Source: Macrostomum lignano
Taxonomy: Eukaryota
DNA: 64,000 nt
Direction: 5' to 3'
Assembly: GCA_002269645.1 (NCBI GenBank)
Contig: NIVC01001641.1
Span: 1-64,000, forward strand
The notes beneath the pieces are model-generated. The model made no database searches. It saw only the letters and a list, made by a program, of their open reading frames with translations, and was not told where the DNA came from. Below, piece after piece: positions 29,791 to 40,900 of the stretch (the stretch's first letter is position 1; every line of letters starts with the position of its first letter). A program made the position numbers and the translations under genes.

Positions 29791-30240
29791 GCACAGATAC
29801 TAAATTAACTAGATGGGCCACTCGCGCATATATACTTAGTAAAGCAGCTTTCTACTTTCATTTCAGTAGCAAAGAAGAATACATAAGCTAATTTATAAAA
29901 ATAAAGGCAGCTGAAATGACTTCGATAAGTTTAGAAGCAGGCGTAAACAACTTGCTAATTGGTTCAGCAGTAATGTACATAGGCCAGTCCGCTCAAATGT
30001 ACATGGCTGCTTTTGTCTGGAATTCCGAGAGAGGCAATAAAAATTGGAGCGGGGCAAGCGTAGAAAGCCGTAGTGTGGAAAGGCGCGGTTGAAGGGTTTA
30101 AGCTGGGGGTAAGAGCCAATTAATGAGTCTTGGCTTTAAACATTTAAATTAAAATGCTTCTGTTAAACTTACTACTGAACTGAAGTAGCTTACACGCAAA
30201 TGTGCTAAGTAGCCCATCTAGTTATTCTAGTATTTGTGCT
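29791..30240. mobile_element. Degenerate inverted-repeat (MITE-like) element
   Basis: gcacagatactaaattaactagatgggc (29791) vs gcccatctagttattctagtatttgtgc (~30211-30239), with weaker similarity over ~85 bp. Confidence 0.5.
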
Positions 30241-30494
30241 GTTTTCTTCAACCGCAAATCTACAACAAACAAATTCATTTAAAAATACGATATTGCAGCT
30301 GACAGCCTTTGCGAGCATGCAGAACTAGCTGTGTATCCATGGAAACGCGTCATTGGGACGAGATTTAATACAGAGTGGTGGCACTGTTAATCTCCTGCGA
30401 ATAGAGAATACGACTGCCTACTGGTCATTGCAATCTGCAGTGTCGTAAGTTTTGTCGAGTTCAAAGGTGCCGCAGCCTCTAGCGGGACGTTATC

Positions 30495-31258
30495 TTATCT
30501 TACACTGTAGATGCATGTCTGTTGGTAAAGTTTGCTCATTATTAGCTGCAGCGCTAAACTCTTCAGCAGGGAGAACTGAAATCTTGCTAAAGATTCTTTG
30601 AAATTTTGTGCTGACGTTTGGACCCTTTCCCATAGAATTCTGGACCATTTCCCATAGAATCTTGGACCCTTTTCCCATGGAATACTGGACCCTTTCCCAT
30701 AGAATCCTGGACCCTTTCCCATGGAATACTGGACCCTTTCCCATAGAATCCTGGACCCTTTCCCATGGAATCCTGGACCCTTTCACATAGAATCCTGGAC
30801 CCTTTCCCATGGAATCCTGGACCCTTTCACATAAAATCCTGGACCCTTTCCCATGGAATCCTGGACCCTTTTCCAATGGAATCCTGGACCCTTTTCCCAT
30901 GGAATCCTGGACCCTTTTCCAATGAAATCCTGGACCCTTTCCCGTAGAATCCTGGACCCTTTTCCCATGGAATCCTGGACCCTTTTCCCATAGAATCCTG
31001 GACCCTTTCCCATAGAATCCGAAACCCTTTCCCATAGAATTCCCTTTCAAACAGAGCAACATTGATGGGGTGACCATTTTCCTTCAGGTCTCGGAAGAAT
31101 TCACAAGCTGACTTAGCAGCTCCCCAAAGCTGCTCATAGTCCAAGCTGGTATAGGGCGCTACGTACATAAGCGAGAACTCAGGCTGCACAGGGCATCGAT
31201 ACACCATGACATTCAGCAGCAGCAGCAGGAGCAGTTGAACTGGATGCAGTCGGCACAA
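30495..31258 (-). CDS. Possible small secreted protein split by a minisatellite intron
   Basis: Hydrophobic stretch LLLLLLLNVMV followed by ...ACEFFRDLKEN (31073-31258), possible next exon ...LLKSLALQLIMSKLYQQTC (30495-30598); no in-frame ATG and weak donor. Confidence 0.25.
30620..31045. repeat. 22-bp minisatellite (ggaccctttcccatagaatcct)
   Basis: About 19 copies. Confidence 0.94.
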
Positions 31259-31306
31259 CTTGAGACATCTTCATGAAATTCTGTCTGGTAGGAACGAGGC
31301 GCACTT

Positions 31307-31664
31307 GAGGTGACGGTTGATTGGTTTGTGAGTTGGGTAACTGTGGAGGGCTTTGTTTGCTTAACTTCGCTTAGTCACTTTGTTTGCCACTGCGATCTGC
31401 GTGTACTCACTAAATCATTGTGTACTCTATGCGTACTCTACTCTGTTCAATGTGCATCACTGCACTAGCCATTGCCCCGCCCGTTAAGTCTCTACCATTT
31501 TTACCCTCTCCACTTACAGTGCCAGTGCATAAGTTAAATTCAATATTTACAATATTTAAGCTATTTCACGCAGATCGCAAGTTGCAAACAAAGTGACCAA
31601 GCGAAGTTAAGCAAACAACCCCCCCCACAGTTACCCAGCTCACAAACCAATCAACCGTCACCTC
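31307..31664. mobile_element. Foldback/MITE-like element with ~97-bp inverted arms and ~160-bp spacer
   Basis: gaggtgacggttgattggtttgtgag...gatctgcgtg (31307-31403) is the near-perfect reverse complement of cacgcagatc...aaccgtcacctc (31567-31664); no clear TSD. Confidence 0.75.
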
Positions 31665-32243
31665 ACAACTGACGCCAATATGGCTGTCTAGCTAATGCTA
31701 AATGAGTGCTCACCGATTCATTCACTGACAAGCTGCACTGCTCTTCAGCCAGCCATTCGACGCTATGAGAAAATCCTATAAAATCCTATCAGAATTGATT
31801 AAATACGAGGTACAGTCGCAGTTTCAGTTTGCCAATCTGTCAGATTGGATGACAGAGACAGGAAGATGCAGTGCCAGAGATGACAGGTATAGAATTGATG
31901 CTGCCACGGTTTCGGTTTCGGATGCAGGTTTGCCAATACAGCGATTAGAAATGTCCACAATTAATTTGCCCCGCAGCTAGCCCAGTGTTTGAATTACACT
32001 AGACTCAGGTTGAATTTGTCCAAGAGTAGCAACTGTCCGGAGCATACTTAGCTGTGCCCCGGGTAAACGGAAATGCGACCGTCCATACCTGGCTCATATC
32101 AATGCAGGTAGATTACAGGTAGGCTGAGCAAACACCCTCTTGTCAGTATTTAATCTAAGCTCAATCCGACTGGCTATCAAGTCGCAGAGCTTTTTCAGAA
32201 TCGAATCGCAGCTCATACGGAACAGCGGATTACAGAACAGCAG

Positions 32244-34163
32244 ATGAAGCTAAAAAAACTGATTCCCCGGTGCGGCCCCGGTGCCGCTGATGGCGAGCAG
32301 AAACAATTGGAAGATGCGCACGAGTCGGATTCAGCCCGCACCGCACGCAAAGCCATGGGGCTGCTCTACGCGGGGCAGTTCTCCCGTTTTGCCGACGCGC
32401 TGCAGCAAAATGCTGAGCTGCTCCGCCACAGTGGATGCAAGTTCTGTGACTACCTGGTCGCCGATGGCAACGCAAACGACTGTCCAAAGCTGTCGCCGTT
32501 CTGCCTCGTGCTGCTCAGTCGGGACGACGAGCTGGCCAGCCGAGCCGTCGAGCTGGTCGACAGCCTCGGTCTGTGGGACCGCGTCCGCTGCGCCCTGTTC
32601 CTCCTGGTGGACTTTTGCTGCTCGAGTCAGGCCTGCTCCGCTGACGAGGCGCAGCTCGCTCGGTTCTTCGTCAGACTGTCGCGCCGGCATCCGGACCCGT
32701 GCGCTCGGCTGCTGAGCGAGGAGCCGACGGCCGACTGCCTGACACCGCTGGAGTACGCGGCGGCCAGGGACTGCTTTCACCTGGCGACAGCGTTCGCCAA
32801 TGCGCCCGGATACCTGATCAGAGAGCGGGAGCATCCGACCGACCCGAGCCTGCTGGTCGAGGAGGTCGACCTCAGCCTCTACTCCAGCGACGGGGACCGC
32901 TTTCTCAAGTCACCGTTCCTGCAGTTTCTGAAGTCTTCGCAGACTGCGGTTGGGGGAGTTATTCCAGCGAAGTTGATCTGTTTCTATCACAGCCCGGTTG
33001 CGCAGGCCTATTTTCTCAGCGTTGCCCACCTGAAACAGACCTTGCCGGTGGCCTTCATAAGTCTGTTCATCTACATTTTGATTTACTTTTCACTGTTGAG
33101 CACGATGACAGTTCGAATTTTCACGGCGGGCACATTCAACTCCAGCGTGCAGGTGTTCATTCCGAGCGGCGGGAACTCGAACCAGTCCTACCTGCAGGGC
33201 ATCTCACCGTCTGTTGTCGCCGCTTTCAAATACGTGTTCTACGTGCGAGTCGCGTTCCAAATCTTCTTCTTGCTAATCTGGCTCTCTTGGATCGTAGCCC
33301 GCGTTGTTGATGCGCACTTTCAGCTCCAGGTAATGCGAACTCGGTCCAAGTTTCTAACCTGGCTTGCAGATGCCGTCTCGATGCGAGGTTGTCTGGTGAT
33401 GGAATTCTTTGGGATTCTGTTCAACATGCTGCAGGTTTGTATGATTTTCATGGAGCTTTACATCTTCAGCGATTCCGGCAGCTACTTTAAGCAAGATGGA
33501 CGCCTGTTTGTCGAAGCGACTCGTCTTCAAGTCGCAGTAGCCTTGAACTACTACTTTACTTGCATGTTGGAACTTTTCTTTGTATCCAACATGGCCGGTC
33601 ACTACCAAGTGTTCCTAAACTTACTTTTTTGCATGAGTGTGTCCATGAAGCTGGTGCTCTTAACTGTTGTGCCAGTAACTCTGGTTTGCTCAACGTTGCT
33701 TCTCAGCCAGCCTTTTATCGAGTGCTCCAACTACTCACTGGTCTGCGTCATAGAGTACCTTGGCCGGTCTTTCCGCTACGCATTCAGCTTTGCTAGCTTT
33801 CCCGGCATCGGCGACTACGTTGCGCTGTGGCCGCAGGTCATAGTGTTCCTGCTCGTGGCCGTGTTCATCCTGAACTTCGGCATCGCCCTACTGACCCAGC
33901 AGATCAGCGTGCTGCACGAGAACTTCGAACTCCGCCGAGACATAGTGGGAACTGTGTGGTCGCAGCAGTACGCCACGCTGGGCTTTCTGCTGCGCAGACG
34001 CTTTCGGACTAGGAGGCAGAAGCCTGTGCTGCTGAGCAGAGCGCTGCCCCGGTTCGGGACCGAGTGCGGCAAAACCGATGGTCACTGCGGTGCCACCACC
34101 TGTTGCATACAGAACTGTTTGAGGCACGCGTTTAAAAAAGTTGCTACCAACTGTGAACTTTGA
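32244..34163 (+). CDS. Intronless divergent TRP-family (TRPV-like) cation channel, 639 aa
   Basis: Ankyrin-like LTPLEYAAARDCFHLA, TRPV-like linker EEVDLSLYS, about 6 hydrophobic helices, pore-like FRYAFSFASFPG, S6 VFILNFGIALL followed by W-x-x-Q (TRP box-like). Confidence 0.68.
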   Translation: MKLKKLIPRCGPGAADGEQKQLEDAHESDSARTARKAMGLLYAGQFSRFADALQQNAELLRHSGCKFCDYLVADGNANDCPKLSPFCLVLLSRDDELASRAVELVDSLGLWDRVRCALFLLVDFCCSSQACSADEAQLARFFVRLSRRHPDPCARLLSEEPTADCLTPLEYAAARDCFHLATAFANAPGYLIREREHPTDPSLLVEEVDLSLYSSDGDRFLKSPFLQFLKSSQTAVGGVIPAKLICFYHSPVAQAYFLSVAHLKQTLPVAFISLFIYILIYFSLLSTMTVRIFTAGTFNSSVQVFIPSGGNSNQSYLQGISPSVVAAFKYVFYVRVAFQIFFLLIWLSWIVARVVDAHFQLQVMRTRSKFLTWLADAVSMRGCLVMEFFGILFNMLQVCMIFMELYIFSDSGSYFKQDGRLFVEATRLQVAVALNYYFTCMLELFFVSNMAGHYQVFLNLLFCMSVSMKLVLLTVVPVTLVCSTLLLSQPFIECSNYSLVCVIEYLGRSFRYAFSFASFPGIGDYVALWPQVIVFLLVAVFILNFGIALLTQQISVLHENFELRRDIVGTVWSQQYATLGFLLRRRFRTRRQKPVLLSRALPRFGTECGKTDGHCGATTCCIQNCLRHAFKKVATNCEL

Positions 34164-34462
34164 GCTAGACTTTTGACTAGAACCATCGGGATATTCCAGC
34201 ATGAGAATATGTACTCCCACTCCCGTTGGGTCCTAGAGTAAACGCCGTGGTAAAATTCACACAAGGCGACGCCAAAGATGGTTCCCGTTGACGAGGTCGT
34301 CGTAGGCACGAAAGTTGTTTTGGGTGGTTGTCGTTGCTGGTGAACTTGTCGGCTTGATTGTTTGTTTGATTGCTGGTTGTTGGTTGTTGGCGCAGTCGTT
34401 GTTACGTCATTGAAACCAGTCTTTGCTTGATCTAGCAACACGCAAATAGTACAAGTTATCAA
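34082..34462 (-). CDS. Possible small secreted Thr-rich protein exon, antisense overlap with the TRP 3' end
   Basis: Open frame LITCTICVLLDQAKTG-Thr/Gln-rich-CEFYHG...LVKSLAQ...C..C; start exon not identified. Confidence 0.25.
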   Translation of the reverse strand: MITCTICVLLDQAKTGFNDVTTTAPTTNNQQSNKQSSRQVHQQRQPPKTTFVPTTTSSTGTIFGVALCEFYHGVYSRTQREWEYIFSCWNIPMVLVKSLAQSSQLVATFLNACLKQFCMQQVVAPQ

Positions 34463-34993
34463 TACTTTGTAATTTATTTTACATCAGTCGCATGATTCGA
34501 TGGCTCAATCGATGGCGGTACATAAAATTAAATTGTATATAAAATTTAATGAGCCCACACATTTGATTTTAATCTCATGATCTATTTACAAATTTACTGT
34601 TTAAAACTTCGGTAACGTCTTGAGTAAACCACTAATTAGAGCCGTGTTTGGGCAATTTAAAACAAATAAATATTGAAGTGTTTATACTTTATTTAAATTT
34701 TTTCCGACGATTTCACCTGCTACATAGTATCAATAACAGACCGTTTAAGGAAGTATAAATTAATTTGAAAAGTCTCGAGCTGTACAAACGGTTCACTCTG
34801 TCCTCATGATGCTGAACAACAAATAAAAAACATAATGAGCAATGGAACAAGTCCCTCAATTAAGGCAGCATCTCTTCATCAAATTGTCCACCAAGGCAAG
34901 ACACGCAGTTGAAATTTAAAAAAATGATATAAATTTTGACAGTTATCGCAAAATATACATGTTGATACATGTTTGAAAAAACGAAGCAACGCT

Positions 34994-37900
34994 TTATGAA
35001 AAACAAGCTGCTAGCAGTACAGTGAGTGAAGGCAACAGCAGGGACAGCGCTAGGCTACATCTGCGTTGGGAAGCTTCTCGAGGCCAGATGACGTTGTTCG
35101 TTGTTGTTGTCAGAGTTGTTGGCGTCGTTATCGTCGGAGTGGTTGTCGTTGGAGTGGTTGTTGTTGGAGTGGTTGTTGTTGGAGTGGTTGTTGTTGGAGT
35201 GGTTGTTGTTGGAGTGGTTGTTGTGGGGGTGGTTGTTGTTGGAGTGGTCGTTGTTGGAGTGGTTTTTGTCGGAGCGAGCGTTGTTGGAGTGGTTGTTGTT
35301 GGAGTGGTTGTTGTTGGAGTGGTTGTTGTTGGAGTGGTCGTTGTTGGAGTGGTTTTTGTCGGAGCGAGCGTTGTTGGAGTGGTTGTTGTTGGCGTGGTTG
35401 TTGTTGGCGTGGTTGTTGTTGGCGTGGTTGTTGTTGGAGTGGTTGTTGTTGGAGTGGTTGTTGTTGGCGTGGTTGTTGTTGGAGTGGTTGTTGTTGGAGT
35501 GGTCGTTGTTGGAGTGGTTTTTGTCAGAGCGAGCGTTGTTGGAGTGGTTGTTGTAGGCGTGGTTGTTGTTGGCGTGGTTGTTGTTGGCGTGGTTGTTGTT
35601 GGCGTGGTTGTTGTTGGCGTGGTTGTTGTTGGCGTGGTTGTTGTTGGCGCGGTTGTTGTTGGCGTGGTTGTTGTTGGCGTGGTTGTTGTTGGCGCGGTTG
35701 TTGTTGGCGTGGTTGTTGTTGGCGTGGTTGTTGTTGTTGATGTCGAAGTCGCAGGAACTGCAATTAAAACAATTTTCAAACCCGCCGCTGTTGAGTAAAC
35801 TCGCGGCAGAGAACAAATATCCAGTCAATACACTAGCAGGTAAAAAACTCACAAGGCGGATGGTTGGTCATGGAGCCGCCCGTTCCAGCCTGCAGGCAGT
35901 TCGGCGGAGCGAAGCCCGGACTGCAGAAGCACTGGCCGCTCTGTGTGCACCAGCCGTTGCCATTGCAGTTCGGGCAGCGCGTGGTGTTGATGGCCACGCA
36001 CTGGGAGTCGACGCACATCTGGAAAATAGTTGCGAGTTGGGAATTGAAATATCAGAACTCAGTCAAGCCCTTCCCGCTGACCCCCCCCCCCCGAGAAAGG
36101 GCACGAAAATCGGTCCTGGGGCTCATGTGATTCACGCCTGAAATATTTCAGCCCCGAAGCAACCCGGCTAAGTGCGAATAATTTAATAAGTGCACTCTAT
36201 TAAATACCGGAGCACCCACCCGTCCGGTTCCGCATTCGGCGCCATTGGGAACGAGCCCAGGGTCCCGGTAGCCGGAGCTGCGCAAGTCCAGCTGCATAAA
36301 AGCGGCGATCACGTTAGTGGAGTTCACGCTGCCCTCGAACACCTTGGCGTCGGCGAGGTTGGCGCCTTGCCACACCGGAATTGGGTCGCCTGAGGCGATA
36401 TTTGACGTGCAATACAGCAATCCGCAGCGTTGGTTTCTGGGTGGACGGAGCAGTTTGAGTTGGTCATTTCACGGAGAAGTTGAATTAAGGATTAATAAAA
36501 TGGGATTTAGGATAGACGAATAGGATTAATAAATATAATATACCAATTGCGATCGATGATTCTGGCGTTTGGGATTGATGATTCTGGTGTTTGGGATTGA
36601 TGATTTTGGGGTTTAGGATTGATGACTCTGGGGTTTGGGATTGATGATTCTGGCGTTTGGGATTGATGATTCTGGGGTTTGGGATTGATGATTCTGGCGT
36701 TTGGGATTGATGATTCTGGGGTTTGGGATTGATGATTCTGGGGTTTGGGATTGATGATTCTGGGATTTGGGATTGATGATTCTGGGGTTTGGGATTGATG
36801 ATTCTGGGATTTGGGATTGATGATTCTGGGGTCTGGGATTGATGATTCTGGCGTTTGGGATTGATGATTCTGGGGTTTGGGATTGATGATTCTGGGGTTT
36901 GGGATTGATGATTCTGGGATTTGGGATTGATGATTCTGGGATTTGGGATTGATGATTCTGGGGTTTGGGATTGATGATTCTGGGATTTGGGATTGATGAT
37001 TCTGGGGTTTGGGATTGATGATTCTGGGGTTTGGGATTGATGATTCTGTGGTTTGGGATTGATGATTCTGGGGTTTGGGATTGATGATTCTGGGGTTTGG
37101 GATTGATGATTCTGGGGTTTGGGATTGATGATTCTGGGGTTTGGGATTGATGATTCTAGGGGTTTGGGATTGATGATTCTGTGGTTTAGGATGGATGATT
37201 TTGGGATTTTGAACTGATGAATTTGGGATTTGCCACCTCCCCATCTCGATCCCTAGCTCACTCGGGACTGCAGCCGGTGTAGTTGTACGCGAGCGGGCTG
37301 ATCCCGGTCATGCTGTAGTCGCAGTAGCCCAGCTGCGATGCCTGAGTGGTGGCCTCGGAATAAAAGGCCGGGGCGGCCCGAAAATCCGAGGCGTTGAACA
37401 TCACGGAGCAGCGGGTGTTGCGGTCCGAGCACCGGCCGTTGAAGCAGTAGGCCTTGAGGGTCAGTGAGTCAACTGCGGTTCTTGAGTCAAAGGCCCATGA
37501 TTCAGAGGGTCACAGATTTGTTTACTGATTAACCATAGGGTTAAGGAATGATTGAGTCAATGGGTCATTAGATCAACAGGCCAATGAGTCAATGGGTTAG
37601 TGGGTCAATGGGTCATTGGGTCAATAAGTCATTGGTTCAGTAAGTGATTGGGTCATTGGGTCAATAAGTAATTGGGTCAATAAGTCATCGGTTCATTTGG
37701 TCAATGGGTCATTGGGTCATTGGGTCAATGGTTAATTGGGTCATTGGATCATTTCGTCAATGGGTCAATGGGTCAGTGGGTCATTGGGTCATTGGGTCAT
37801 TGGTCAATGGGTCAATGGGTCAATGGGTCATTGGATAATTGGATCAGTGGGTCATTGGGTCAATAAGTCATTGGGTCAATGGGTCATTGGGTCATTGGGT

Positions 37901-40900
37901 CATTGGTTCAATAAGTCATTGGGTCATTGGGTCATTGGGTCAATGGGTCAGTGGGTCAATGGGTCAATGGGTCATTGGATAATTGGGTCATTGGTTCAAT
38001 AAGTCATTGGGTCATAGGGTCAATAAGTCATTGGGTCATTGGGTCAATGGGTCAGTGGGTCATTGGGTCATTTGGTCAATGGGTCAGTGGGTCATTGGGT
38101 TAGTGGTCCCAATATCTCCTCACCTGTCCGCTGAGGCACTCTGATCCGTCAATCATGAAGTCATCAAATTCCGGGCACCATTCGCTGGTCCCGTTACAGT
38201 ACTCCTCAAGGTCGCAGGCTCGCTTCCTTGGCCGACATACGACGCCCTGCGACTTCAGGCTGCAGGTGGTGAGGTTGCAGCACTGGCCTGAGGCGCAGGC
38301 GGCCCCGCTGGCCAATTTGCAGGTGCTGGGGTTGCAACAGGTGTTGTTGCACCACTGCGGAGCGAGAGATGAGCTATAAAATTTCATCATACGCATACAA
38401 TATCCCCATCCTACGATATCCCATTCCTATAATATCCCTATCCTACGATATCCCATTCCTGTAATATCCCTACCCACAATATCCCTACCCTACAATATCC
38501 CTACCCTACAATATCCCTACCCTACAATATCCATATTCTACGATATCCCATTCCTATAGTATCCCTATCCTACAATATCCCTATCCTACAATATCCCTAT
38601 TCTACAATATCTCTATTCTACAATATATCTATCCTACAATATCTCTATCCTACAATATCTCTATCCTACAATATCTCTACCCTACAGTATCCCTACCCTA
38701 CAATATCCCTATCCTACAATATCCCTATCCTACAGTATCCCTACCCTACAATATCCCTATCCTACAATATCCCTATCCTACAATATCCCTATTCTACAAT
38801 ATCTCTATTCTACAATATCTCTATCCTACAATATCTCTATCCTACAATATCCCTATCCTACAGTATCCCTACCCTACAATATCCCTATCCTACAATATCC
38901 CTATCCTACAGTATCCCTACCCTACAATATCCCTACCTACCCTTTAATATTCCTACCCGACAATATAACATACCTTACCCTACAATATCCTTATACACCC
39001 TGATTCCCACCCGCTGCACCTGAGGCGGTCCGCAGTCGCAGTCCTCCCCGGGCTCGACAATCCGGTTGCCGCACGCGCTCCTGGTGGCGGCCAGGTTCGC
39101 CACCGAAGGCGGGTCGGACATGCAGTATCCGAGCCCGTTGTCCACGCTGAAGTCCTGGTAGCGGAACACGGAGCAGTTGGAGAATCGCATCGGGTTAATC
39201 CTGGGATTTGATTGGACAGGCGACACGCGAGTTAAATCTGCGTTCGTGTACTGAATCGTGTGCTGGGTCAAGGGGTGCTGGGTCAAGGGGTGCTGGGTCA
39301 AAGGAGTGCTGGGTCAAGGGGTGCTGGGTCAAGGGGTTCTGGGTCAAAGGAGTGCTGGGTTAAGGGGTGCTGGGTCAAGAGTTGCTGGGTCAAGGGGTGC
39401 TGGGTCAAGGAGTGCTGGGTCAAGGGTCGCTGTGTCAAGGGGTGCTGGGTCAAGGGGTGCTGGGTCAAGGGGTGCTGGGTCAAGGGGTGCTGGGTCAAGG
39501 GGTGCTGGGTCAAGGGGTCGCTAGGTCAATAATCAAAGATAAAAATGTTGGGTCAAGGGGTCGCTGGGTCAATAATCCTAGATAAAGGTGCTGGTTCAAT
39601 AATCCTAGATGAAGATGCTGGGTCAAGGGGTCGCTAGGTCAAGGGGTCGCTGGATCAATAATCCTAGATGAAGATGCTGGGTCAAGGGGCTGCTGGGTCA
39701 ATAATCCTAGATGAAGATGCTGGGTCAAGGGGCTGCTGGGTCAATAATCCTAGATGAAGATGCTGAGTCAGGATGTTGAATCGCAGGGCTACTCATGACT
39801 GCGGCTCACTCGGTGCCCACAGCGGCCATGATGCAGCCCTGTCTGTCCGGGCAGTGGCAGCCTCTTTCGTCCTCGTCGTGGTTCATGCCGAGGTTGTGCC
39901 CGAGTTCGTGGGCCACCGTGATGGCCACCCCGATTGCGTTGGCGTCCCGGTCCTGCGAGGAGGGAATTTGGCCGTTTTGATTTCGGTTTTCAAAATATTA
40001 ACAGTTTATGAGATTAATCATGAGATGTCTATGAGATTTGTCTTATATCTATGAGACTTGCCTATATGTATTGAGACTCGGGAAGCTATGAGATTCGCCT
40101 AAAAACGAGAACGTCTCACCGAATTGACTCCGCCACCGAAAGCGGAGCTGCACAGCTTGCCCAGGTGCGCCAAGCCGACATCCGAGCCGGTCATTTTCAG
40201 TCCGCTGAAAGTTTTTTTGCGTTTAAACAAACTTTCTTGATGAAGGCTGGGTGTCATCTTTAGGATACAATTGACAGAATGGGACAGTATTGAGCATTTA
40301 TTTTTAGGGCGCCTTGTATTTAAATGAAGGGCGCCGTTTCTACTGTAAGGATGGCGCTAAAGCTACTGTAAGGATGGCGCCAAAGATACTGTAAGGATGG
40401 CGCCAAAGCTACTGTAAGGGTGGCGCTAAAGCTACTGTAAGGGTGGCGCCAAAGCTACTGTAAGGATGGCGCCAAAGCTACTGCAAGGTGGCGCCAAAGC
40501 TACTGTAAGGGTGGCGCCAAAGCTACTGTAAGGGTGGCGCCAAAGCTACTGTAAGGATGGCGCTAAAGCTACTGTAAGGGTGGCGCCAAAGCTAGTGTAA
40601 GGATAGCGCCAAAGCTACTGTAAGGATGGCGCCAAAGCTACTGTAAGAATGGCGCCAAAGCTACTGTAAGGTGGCGCTAAAGCTACTGTAAGGATGGCGC
40701 CAAAGCTACTGTAAGGATGGCGCCAAAGATACTGTAAGGATGGCGCCAAAGCTAGTGTAAGGATGGCGCCAAAGCTACTGTAAGGATGGCGCCAAAGCTA
40801 CTGTAAGGTGGCGCTAAAGCTACTGTAAGGATGGCGCCAAAGCTACTGTAAGGATGGCGCCAAAGCTACTGTAAGGATGGCGCCAAAGCTACTGTAAGGT

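Noticed and set aside
37360-37380. Suspected frameshift in the ADAM Cys-rich exon
   Set aside because: Recounting the G run (gggg) shows the 191-nt exon is in frame.
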